Positions 1-11,768 of a stretch of DNA of 32,756 bases are shown here, one piece after another (the first letter of the stretch is position 1; each line of letters starts with the position of its first letter). The notes below the pieces were generated by a model. The model worked only from the letters and a program-made list of their open reading frames with translations. It did no database searches and was not told the DNA's origin. Made by a program: the position numbers and the translations under genes. Origin of the DNA: Paraglomus brasilianum (taxonomy: Eukaryota); contig CAJVPI010000011.1 in the NCBI GenBank assembly GCA_910592345.1, forward strand, positions 62,001 to 94,756, read 5' to 3'.

Positions 1-3000
1 GTAATCGTACCGTTTCCAAGAAGTAATCCAAATATAGTTTTTTGACATTGTGGTGGCAAAAATATACCTCAAACTATACAGAATAGTTATTTGTCTCGGC
101 CAATGTCTGCAAATTTTGACAGTCAATCCGTGACAGATGATGGCTTTGTTGACTATTTTTGAATAAACTATTAACTTCACAAGACAACAGAAGGTTACGC
201 AGAAGAATTATAAATCGGATGTCAAATACATGTTACAACAATGTCGAACGGTTTCTGTAATCCGTATACAGTTGTCCCCCTCTACAGTCACACCATTGGT
301 TCTCCTGAAACCAGTATATTCGTTTTACTCTACAGACGTCATATTAATATGGGAACAACATACTTTCTCCTAAATAAAAAGTTCGGTAAGAATTACACCA
401 CATGTCCCGTCACCGCTCCACCAAAAAAGTCTAACTTTTTCTAGGAATGGAATTTAACATTACGGTTCCTGATATCACGAGATTACTGTCTATTCTTCTT
501 GTATACGATCTTGCATATAGTGGACCGATCTATATTAAGCACACAAATCTCGTGTCAGTGATTTGCGTTCTCTTATTTTTATCATGTGATGTGAGTACGA
601 CTGTATATGTATTATAAAAATTGTAACGAAACACGAAAACGTGAGTTCTATCTTAACAATAATAAGCATATTTTTGATTAAAAATTAAGTGTGATTATGT
701 AATCGATGGAAGCAAATATTTCTTAAGCATCTTTCTAATGAAAAAAAAACCCAACCTTTTACTTCATTGCAATTACCATTTATATCATTAATACGGTCTC
801 ATAATATCGATATGAAGAGCAAACACCAAGCTGGCGCCTAAACTTTCGGATTGGTCAATTAAAACAATGATATGATAATAATGTAGCGACAAGTCAATCA
901 AAAGCGTTAGACTGTCGGTTTTTGCAAGTTGCAAATCGACCGCTTTGTCACAGCTGTTACGGTCGTTTGCTGCCAAATAATACAAACAAGTTCGAGTAGC
1001 CATTCCAAGTCCACATAACTTGCAATTCAAATTATTACGTTAAATGTACCCATGTTATATTTCAGCTAATCCATTACAGAGTGATTTCGCCGGTGTCAAT
1101 ATTTTTCTATTAATAATATAATAATAATAACAACAATATAGCACGCTTTATTTACTTATACAGTCGTGGTACTCACAGTTGTGCAATCATTTAGTTGACA
1201 TTGTGACTTTAACGGCTGTGGTATCTCTTGTATTGTGTGTAGCTGCTGTACCCGTAAATAGAGTTTAAACTCGTTTTGTATACTTTATAGAAATGTTTTG
1301 TAGAATGCGCGCCGTCAACGAGTGCACGAAACTAAGTACTTGTTCAGACACAGCAATTGGTACTCGGAAGAAATGGTACGCCATCTGTAAATGTTTATCA
1401 TGTGCCAAGTAGCCAAGAAAATGAACCAACTCTGATAAAAAAATTACCAAATCCAATAATATTTTCATTCGTTCTAATTTCAACCACGAATTACAATGAG
1501 GCTTTCTATATTCGCATTGGGGAACAGAACATTCTTGATTGTATCCAACGCTGGCACGGCCTCATATTATTGGTTACATAGTTGCAAATCGAAAAGAAAA
1601 AAGTGAGGCACTGGACATGAACCTGCTGCAAGCTTGTTCATTGATACAAAGAATAGTAAGAATATCAGAGTTTGAACTGGTATGCATGTATATGGGCGAG
1701 TTTGTATGTGAGAGTTTGAAACAGCAGTGATGAGAAAAGACACAGAGAGTGAGAGTGAGAAGGGGTTTAAAAAAAAAAAAGAAGGTCTCATCGATAATTG
1801 GTACTCGCACATGAGCTGAGCGGAGTGTTTGCTCAACAGATCAAATTTATTTTTACATGTCTAACAATAAATGCTTATTTGGGGATTCATTTACTGCATG
1901 ATGTCATTCTAAAAAAGGTATTTAAAACCCGTAGGTATGCCCTGTCATATTGACATCCTTCAACAAATGTTCTCTACATTCCTTTCTCATGATCATAAGC
2001 AACATCTAAGAGTCATTCCTATTCTCTCTAAACCACGATTTACTCAACCGAGAAGGGAATCGAAGGATGGTTTCTTTGGGGTAAACGTGGTTAAGGGACA
2101 GTAAAAATTTATGACTTGCGAGGATGCTAGGCGAACTTGCGCTTGGTATATTACCGAGTATACTCCAATATGTATGATCAGACATTTAACGCATATATAC
2201 TGACAGATGATAGTCATACAAATGCTCTCGTATGCTTTGCTTAGAATATCGTACAATGGATCAATTTATTAATCTTCCCACACATCTTTTAATCTCACAC
2301 AGGGAAGCTCTAGCCTTCTCCAGGTACGATAACTCACCGGCGTTATTGTCTTGTGTATGTTAACAAATATTATCACATGTTATCATATTATCAAGTAGGC
2401 TAACATTTATCTTGCATGGATAAAGCACGCGCCCAAGTATACGCAACGTGTATACATTTATTACGAACAACTATTATCAATAAGCATTTATTATAAACGA
2501 CATTCTTATATGAACTTATCCCGGATGCTCAACATTCAACATAAGCCGGTACGTACTAGAAAATGTTATTTGTTATTCCATATCAAAATGCCGTTAACCA
2601 TATTTTTATATTTAGAGATAACGAGCACCATGCCTTTAAAGTTGCATCGCTTAGTAAGATCATTTTGCATATAGCTTTTTACGACCATCTTCTCCTCCCA
2701 ATTTTAATAATTTAGATCTGTACACCTCCTTTCGTTCGACTAAAGAATATAGTTTCGTTCGTTCCGGGCAAATTTCTCAAAGTTTTATTAATACCGTGTT
2801 TCGTGTTGACTATAAGAAAACTCGTTTAATTATCGTGAATTAAACGTTCTTCATAGTCATTATTAGTGTCGAATTCTTACTATTTTGTTTTAGCTTAGCT
2901 AAACATTCTTTCGCACTTTCGATAGAACAGATCGGTAACAATTGATTCGTTAATAAATTTATAGGAATAACAAATATTAGTGAAATGGCACATCACCATT

Positions 3001-5482
3001 TCCTCCGTGCAGAAAAAAATCATGATGTCCTTTAATAATGCCTCTTGATTTATCAATGATGACAATACCATCTGTCAATTATACGCCCCATACACAGGCT
3101 TGCGATTGGAACTTTATTTTATTGTAATAATTGTATTGATATGCTCCAACGTGCTGTCTTTGCTTTCGTGGCACAAAATTTAGATCGTTACCATTGTCGT
3201 TTATAATAACAAGACTTGATTCAATCAAAAATCCCTAGTGCAATAAAAGAGTAATAGAACGGGATGTTATTAGTAACCCAAAGCTGTCAACGTTAATGCT
3301 ATGTGATCAATGGTCAAGAGTGTCGTCGCACCTTCGAGTCTGCATCCTTGAAAAATTGTCGTGTTGATTCGACTTCGTTTAGGATGATGGTGTAATATTT
3401 ACACCTACCACAGTGACTCAAGGTTCGCCACGGCGCTTCAATTTCTAATCTGTGCATTAATAAATGCATATTCCAACAGTGTTTGTTTGGTCCATGGTCA
3501 CGTATGTTTTGAATATCAACGACTAACTAATACATGCTTCTAATCAAGAAAACGGGTTTTCGTTCGATAAATAAATTATTATCATCGGGAAAAGAAATAA
3601 CAAGTTTTCTCCCTTCCTGCATTGAACAACTAATGAATACCCCCATTTGGATTTGGATACACATAATAAATTCGCTTCTGATTATACAACCACCTCACGA
3701 GTCAACGTACAATTTAGAGCTCTGCGAAAATTTGAACAATTGATGGGGCTATGGACAGTTTATTTAGAGTTTCTTTTTCACACCATTCCGTGTAGTATAC
3801 ATCCTTGTCAAACCATATAATTACGCTTTTGTTGGGCTGTATATTAATATGCTTTTTGCTCTAACTACAGATAGCTAACCAATGTCGGTTAAAAATAACA
3901 TCTAATAACAAAATTGTCTATATATAAACCGAACCAACTTTAATGGGACTATTGGACAAATAAAGTCGCAAGTTTTAAAAATAAATGCACATTAAATGGG
4001 GGCGGTGTCCCGATCCCTTTGTGGCATCATATTCACCTTGTCGATTTGTGCTTTACATGTGATTCGACCTAATCGTAGGAAAAAGTTTTTCACGATATGC
4101 ATGCACCCCAGCGGAATATTAATATATCCCGGTTTACATGTACCAGATATACGGCATACAATGACCAATAGAAGTTTCCATGATAAATAGAGCTTGCCTG
4201 TCACGATAAAGATTTTCGATCAGGACGGTGAATTTTCTTATGTCAAAGGCTTTAACTTGTCTAATAATAGCGTTTTAATATTTCCACTCTAATAAAAATA
4301 GTTAATCGTAACATAGGCACAGTGTAAGGAATTTGATAATCTCTTCTTGTACAAACTTCATTTACAGCCAATCTTTTTCTTGTCCTTTTGTCTTAATTAA
4401 GACAAAATACGCAGGTGTCTTGTCAAAATTTTTTGCGTATATATAATAACAACTAACTGCATTTAGATGTTATCGCCAATTGGTGTTAATTATCCAGAAT
4501 AATTGATTAAAGACAACCTTTGAATACTCTCTCCATTTCTCGTTGACACTAGACAGCTAGTTCCTTGCTCTTGTTTTTCAATAATGTATTAAAAATATCT
4601 CGTTTAGATATGACCATATCATTGTTACTCTAATTGTTTCTGAAATAATTCTGTAATTATTATAATCTACGCCCTCCTGCATTGTACATAAAACCGCTCG
4701 GATGTGGTGCCAATTTTTAAAGTTCGTATTCACTGAAAATAATAAACAATTTAATATTAAGGCTTTTAGTAATACAGTATTACAAATTTATGTCAGTGTC
4801 ATGTTAATTTAAAAATCGATACATTGTTGGAAACAAAAATTGTACAAACAAGTTACCAACACAAAATACAAATTTTTAATTGTGTGTGCTCGTATGATTA
4901 TGACTGGAATTAAAGTTAATAACGTACTGAAGCTGTATTCTAATACCGCTTATCGAGAAGAGAAGACTGATAGAGCATAAATGGTTGTTGTTGTCAGTCT
5001 TGCTGTTACGGTTTGATACAGACGATTTTAGTTACACGGTGAAATAGACTCTATTTCTATAGTACATGAATGAAACAGTTTCAAAACAAAAACAACCTTT
5101 TTTATAAAGCATCTTTGTTAAACCAGACTTGCTGTGTATTTAGGATGTATGATAATTCCAACACAATCCAGACCGGCCGACAATTAATTTTAAATGGGGA
5201 AATTTATTATTATGTTATACACTTAAACTAAAAGCAGACTATAAGAAACCAAAATGCATAAAGTTTAATTGCTAATTAGACTCCAAAGTCGGGCACAAAT
5301 TATTATTATTTGTGAAAATATACACTTTTTTAAAATTGCCATTTATGTCTTAGCTCTCAATAAGTATATAATTATTTACAGCTGCAGACATGCAACACGA
5401 CAATTAATGCGTGCATCGTTCGGAAATCAAACTTCCTCCCCGCACCTGCCACTCCTGCAATCGGCCATATGGCGCGCCATAT

Positions 5483-6048
5483 TGATAATATTTTTGGGAC
5501 AAAGTTTTCAAGCGGATTTATCACTGCAATCATGCAATTTTAGCAGCTTGTTTATGCACACAGACTAAATACCATAAACCTGCGTCAAGAGATTTTATTA
5601 GAAAATCCTTTACTTTACCCCAACGCCAATAAATAAACATCATTTGTGATCGCAGATATAGATAGTCTAAACTGTGCTGTAGTGATATTAATATCGACTG
5701 TTACTGCCATCGATAAGATATTATTATTGCGTAGAGAATGTTTGCTTTGTTCCAGGCTATAGCATTTTTTTAGAGTTCAGCGACTGTCAAATTACGTATT
5801 ATGTTAGAGCAATAACAAAAGAAATAATCATTTTTAGTCTTATCAAATATACAATAACATGCACGCGAATTATGAATATTCGCACTTCCTAAAGGAGTGC
5901 ATGCTGGAACTTTCGTCCAGACAACGATTGGCAAATAGCCAAAACTAGCGAATTATATGATAGTGCTTTTAATCACAAGGTGATGGCAAGAGGGAATCCT
6001 TGGCACGATAATACGAAGCTTTCACTTTCTATTTCTGGCCGATGATAG
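5483..6048 (+). promoter_or_regulatory. Cluster of HGATAR (GATA-factor) sites upstream of the asparaginase gene
   Basis: HGATAR on either strand at 5483, 5518, 5660, 5711, 5840, 5958, 6006 and 6043. Consistent with AreA/Gln3-type nitrogen regulation of a nitrogen-scavenging enzyme (inference). Confidence 0.4.
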
Positions 6049-6138
6049 TACAAGATCGGAAAAATTACACATGGCACCCCGTAAATAGTGCATGCCCTGC
6101 ATAAAGAAGGGATCTCCCAATTCAGTCTTTTTATACAA

Positions 6139-7857
6139 ATGACGAAGACTAGCTGCTTCTCACACGTTCTTCCTCACTCCAAACAAGCAGCTAGAAAGGT
6201 AAACCATCATTTCACAGCTGTCATTATGATTAATCACGACCACTCACTTCTTTTAATCAATGTCAGCCAGTAAACCATGGTCCAACACTACTAATTCATG
6301 GTGGAGCAGGCAAAATTGTAAAAAAGAGAATTCCATGCGAGGAAATTCCCGATGACCAAAAGAAGGAATATTTGCAGGCAATGAAGGAGGCATTAAAGGT
6401 TGGATGTGATATTCTGAAAAGAGGCGGAAGGGCCGTTGATGCAGTCGAGGCTGCTATTAGGGTTATGGAAGGTAGTTTAAGAAAAATGGAGATATAATTG
6501 GATTACAAAAAAAATTATGTCGCTTAACTGAGAGTAAGTCATTGATTTACCATTGATCGTGGATAGACTGTCCGCTGTATAATGCTGGAAAGGGAGCCGT
6601 GTTTACACGTAGTGGCAAGGTAAAGAAATTAAATAGTGTATGCTATTGACAAAAGAAATCGATTGCCATAAACAATAATTTCGTTAGATTCAACCGTGAG
6701 ATCGTGTATCTATCTTGCGCAAATATTCATGCTAACTGCTGATCAATGTCCCTTTTTCTCTTCACACGAAAAAAGAATGAACTCGAGTCTTCTATTATGA
6801 TTGGTACACCCTCTCATCCTGCAGGTGCCGTCACGCTGCTCCGCACAGTCAAAAATCCCGTGGTTCTGGCCAAGACCCTCATGCTTGATCCGGATAATTA
6901 TCAAGTGTTCTTGGGCGGAGAGGGGGCAGAGGAGTATGCAAAGGAAAAAGGCTTGGAGCTGGTTGATCCAAGCTATTTTTGGACTGAAGCCAGATGGAAG
7001 GAGCATCTCGAAGGATTGGGTAATGAAGGGAAAGATGAAGGGAAAAAACGTGATGGTTGTTGTGGAGACAAGAGCGAAAGCGACAATGCTGATAATAGCT
7101 TGCCAAGTTATGATGATGCGGTTAACGAAAGAAGAACGGAAAATAATACAAAACGTGAGCTAGTAGGCAGCAATGGAGACTGGTTCTACATGAATTCCAT
7201 GGGCACGGTCGGTGCAGTTGCTGTAGATTTCGATGGAGTTATTGCTGCTGCCACTTCAACTGGTTAGCATGGGTTCGATATCTGTTTTTGCGATTGTCGT
7301 TATGTAGTTGGCTAATAGTTCTCTCTTTATTTCGATAATTAAAGGCGGTAAAAACAACAAGAGTGATGGTCGCATAGGAGACTCACCATTGATAGGTTGT
7401 GGTACTTGGGCTGATAATGAAACGTGTGGCGTAAGCGGGACCGGCGAGGGAGAGGTAACTATATTAAATGTATTATGAAACGGTGAGCATATTCCGATCA
7501 TTGTTGACTGTACTGATTCTACAACACCCCGTTTAGTTTCTCATTCGTTATACACTAGCAAGGGGAATAGCGTCACGCATGGAGCATCTTAATGAAACAG
7601 TTGAGCAAGCGACCTCAGCAATGATTGATCTTTTAAGCAAAGTTGGTACAGAAGCAGGCGTGGTTGCATTAGATAAATATGGAAATTGTAAGTGATAACG
7701 GTCTTTTGCCGAAACATATTAGAGAATATACGTTAATACTTGTTAATTGTTTTTAGTTACAATACAATATAATACATCTGGAATGTTCCGTGGGTTTATC
7801 AGAGTCTCGGACGAAATACCTCACGCATACATCTTTCCTGACGACGTGGACGACTGA
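6139..7857 (+). CDS. Isoaspartyl peptidase / plant-type L-asparaginase (Ntn-hydrolase, Asparaginase_2, IaaA/ASRGL1-like), 7 exons, 388 aa
   Basis: Hand-spliced exons 6139-6198, 6267-6471, 6567-6619, 6776-7262, 7345-7454, 7537-7687 and 7757-7857; all introns GT-AG; total 1167 nt in one frame, ending TGA. Family motifs: PTLLIHGGAG, AVDAVEAAIRVMEDCPLYNAGKGAVF, NELESSIM, G|TVGAVAVD (catalytic Thr at the autocleavage site), AATSTGG, GRIGDSPLIGCGTWADN, SGTGEGE, GVVALDKYGN, NTSGMFRG. Exon 1 and the start codon are the least certain parts. Confidence 0.95.
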
Positions 7858-10800
7858 AACAAACATTTAAAACTAGAACAATTAGAATTTATGTTCTGCC
7901 ATTTGTCAATAAAGGGCTTAATAAGTCGTGGGAATTTGATTCATGTAGTGTGGTTACTGTCATCGCTTTGTCAGCCAGAGTTGTAAATTCAGTGAGCATT
8001 GCTCACGTAGTAGATAACATTGAGATGTAGATTTACTCTGCGACAGGCTTTTAAGCGTTTAACGATGAGCAATGACAAGCATTCGAGTTATGAAATCATT
8101 GTAACAGTTAACTTAGTGCTGTACTTTGACTATTACAAATTGCCAATGACGACCGAACTGGGAACACCTGATATCAGGGACGCCTCATGAGTAGGGCCAG
8201 AGCGAAATCCTTGAAATTAGCTGGGCTACGCGTCAACTGAAGACGAAAAGTCTCTTTATGGCTTCTGCCCCTTTTCCAATCCCAGCTTTTCACTGGTGTC
8301 GTCAGACCCGCGAATTGCTTGAGATATGTAGGTGCATCATCCGTGTCGGTCTTTCACCGTTTTCATGCCGGCAAATACTTTCAGTTGCAACAGCCTCTTT
8401 GCCATTGCGGCGATACTAGTCCATGCAAGCAGAATGAAGATGAGCCAACCGGAAACGGTTATTAATAAATTATTCCCAAATCCCAGAACAAGGGCAGAAG
8501 ACGTAGTAGTTGTGTTCTTCTTCCCAAGTAATGGAAGCTTTAAGGCTTCTCAAGAGTCCCAATCAGATCCATGGTTAATACCTCGTCTGATATAACAAAG
8601 TTAAATATTAAATAATGCGTTACCATAACAGGCTCTATTTCTGTGAAGCTTCAACTGCTCAAGTCAGGATCTGTCATTTATAAGATCCTCATGAACCAAA
8701 GTCCGCGTATTTGATTTTTGAGATATCGCCAACTCCAGCAGGCCCAACACTGAGAAATTCTTGAATCTATGAACAGACTGAAAATTGACAATGAACACCT
8801 CTTTATCATCACAGTTTTTTATTTGAATGAAGTACCTGAATAATTAAAATCTGAGAATGTAATGGGTCTGAAAACATTGTCTTATTGAGCCTTTTTTTGA
8901 AACTTGAGCATTTGATCGCTTGCATTTCGCAAGGTAGCAATTCAATGATAACCATAATCACATACACCACAGGAGTTAGCATTCACCTGCTTATAATAAT
9001 ATGTCGGTTTGATAAATTTTTCGCTTTGCTTCTCTGCATTGCTTTGTACTTGCGCCGGCTTGGGGTTTGTTAATTCAAGAATACACGTAAACTTTTGGAA
9101 TAGGTGAACTCGATTGTAGAAGATTACTATAAAGTCTTAATAGTACCAATTCATCATTGCATACAAAATGTTGCTGCGACACGACTTGGAGCGTGTCTCA
9201 ACCCTGGGCTTTAATTCAAAGCCCGTACAAACGTGTATGTATCCAAGCTTCAATAGTACTACATAGGATAGAAAAATGCCTGCCTTTAACGTTGGATGAT
9301 TAATTCAAAATTCAGAGCAAGCTAAAACTAGATCGAAAAAACGCGTCTTGTGACGTCAGATGATTTTTATATGTGTTTTTTCTTGGAAGTAAATGTTTAC
9401 TAATTAAATATACCATTAAACCATTACAATGCAATTCATTGTTTTTCTTCGGTGAACGTAGCTTAAATTTATTATCGTTTGATATATAGAAGTCCTGATT
9501 TGCCTTCTCTATTATTTAAATAGAAAAAAAGGACACTGGTCATAATAACGTCCCTTTAATACAGAATTTAACAGAAGGCTCTGGCAGAAAGATATGGACA
9601 AGTTTCAGATATTTTTAAAATAAAGATTAATGAGGGCAGAACATCAGCGTAAAAAGAATTTGTAGAGCAATATATATAATTTGACGGTAAAGGTCGGCAA
9701 TTTTAGCTTCAATCGGGATTTCAAGACGTAAAGAGGTAAGTGATGTATATTGAAAATATATTTTATTTCAACTATGTGGGAACATTCAATGCATTTGGTC
9801 AAAAGAGACATATATAATTGCATTATTTTGGTTAACAGAACATTATCGCACGAACTAATACGAGGAATCTCATTATCGTTGACTGCAAATCTACACGTGG
9901 CAACAAACAGCCAATTTTATTAATACACAAGTACCGAACTAGAACGTCTTTGTTCGTTGTGTATCTATTCCGAACGTTCCATTCAGCCTATAATGCAGTT
10001 AATACTGTTCAGGATGTTAATGTTTCAGAAAGTATATATAAACAAATAATAGATATGGATATTAATATAGATAACAATAACTTGGTTCTCGATAACTCGT
10101 AATTAAGAACAAACATATGAAGATAACGAAATCTGTCATATATGGTAGGTATGCAATGTGATTTTCGTACATGAATAATTTATTATCTGACACACCGGTA
10201 ACGTACTTAACAGGCAAACAATGCATTCAAAGGGAACTAAACTATAATGACAAAAACGGGGGTTTTATCTGTATTGGGGAAAACGCTGTGGGTACCTTCC
10301 CTTAATTTACTGAAACACTTTCTCTTGTTACCTATATTAAATTATATATTTATATTGAAGCTTATTAATTGTAATAGAGTCAGAAGCTTAAATATACAAC
10401 GGGATCTCTGATCGGCGTGATTTGCAAGCCAAGCTGTGAGATAATAATAATAATAAATCATCTGGTTATTGATGGGATCAGGTGATGTGATAATGATCAT
10501 CCGATGTGTGCATAATAATAATGTCACAAACAAAACGATCTATTTATTGTTATTCTTACTGCGGCAAACGTGATATACAACCAGTCCGAATATTAAAGAC
10601 GCTTCACTGTTAAATAACTATAGCAAATAGTATTTCTAATAATTACGGAAAGCTAATCAGGCGATCGGACAATTTAGCCATACAATCGGAAAATTTAGTC
10701 ATATGATAGAACTCGTACTACTGAAACTTAATCACGCCATACATACTCGCTTCTTTTGTTTTCCCCAAATTGAAACCAATGTATCATCCGAGAACTGATT

Positions 10801-11563
10801 ACTGCGTAATAGAGAAGAGCATATTGAATAGGTCTTGAATTTGAATTTTTGATAGCATGCCAAGTGTAGGTAAGTTACTATGATAAGATAAACTAATTTT
10901 CATGCCTGGCTCGAAATTTCGACAATATATCCGCTCACTTTACTAACTTTACTGCACGTTGCCGTATCCTCTCGGTATCCGAGACACTCACTACTCAAGT
11001 TTTCTTTATACTTTAATCGGTATACCGCCAATTTTATTCTTTTCATAAAGTTACTATACATGCGATTGTTGGAATGCGAATATCCAAGTAGATAATAAAA
11101 AATAAAGGCAAGATCAATATACAATTATATACATTACGCTTATACAAGTATGCTTGACTTAAAATGAGAACGTAACGTCTATATAGAAACTTGTGATATT
11201 ATAATTACTGTTCAATTATGACTTATGACTTTGTACACTAAGAGTGATAGAATTTAGCTACACGCATACCATGCGAAAACGTATCGATAGACTATTTCGC
11301 GTTTTATAAAGTCGAATAAAAACTATTCGCGGCCAAATTTATTATTCTCAGTAATTTTTAAGCGTTTTCATAAATTGAGACCGCACTTGACGCGGATCCA
11401 GTATCGGTTTTATTTCAAAAACTTGGATACCAAACAATTTCTAATTCACTTCTAAACAGCTAAAGGAAAAAAACCGCCAGTTACAAAAATGGGCCAATAG
11501 ATATTTCGAGAGGCGGCTTATATTTTTCCTTTAAACTAGTATTGGTTTACTTCCTAGACAAGC

Positions 11564-11768
11564 CCGAATAAAGCACAAACTATTTATAACAAAAGTCCCA
11601 CTTGACGTGAATAAACTTGCCGAAAAACTCCGTGTTTCGGGAGGCCACGCCGAAAAAGAAGATATAAGAAGACAACCGAATAAAAGAAACTTATTTCTTT
11701 ATGACTAATCTTGGCTACGGCCCGAAATAACAACCATTGGATACGATGAGGGAAAACCAAGCCGAAAG
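11564..11768. promoter_or_regulatory. Homotypic CCGAA motif cluster (candidate Zn2Cys6 binding sites)
   Basis: CCGAA on + at 11564, 11620, 11650, 11676, 11722 and 11762, and on - at 11636-11640, in non-coding DNA. Confidence 0.4.

Noticed and set aside
267..1180. TA-CAGT-type ends at 267, ~605 (inverted) and 1159 as one TIR element
   Set aside because: Matches are only 8-16 nt and gapped, and the best-matching pair faces outward; element boundaries cannot be defined.
1741..1760. 20-mer CACAGAGAGTGAGAGTGAGA also present at 21939
   Set aside because: Simple (GAGAGT)n repeat with unrelated flanks; likely convergence.
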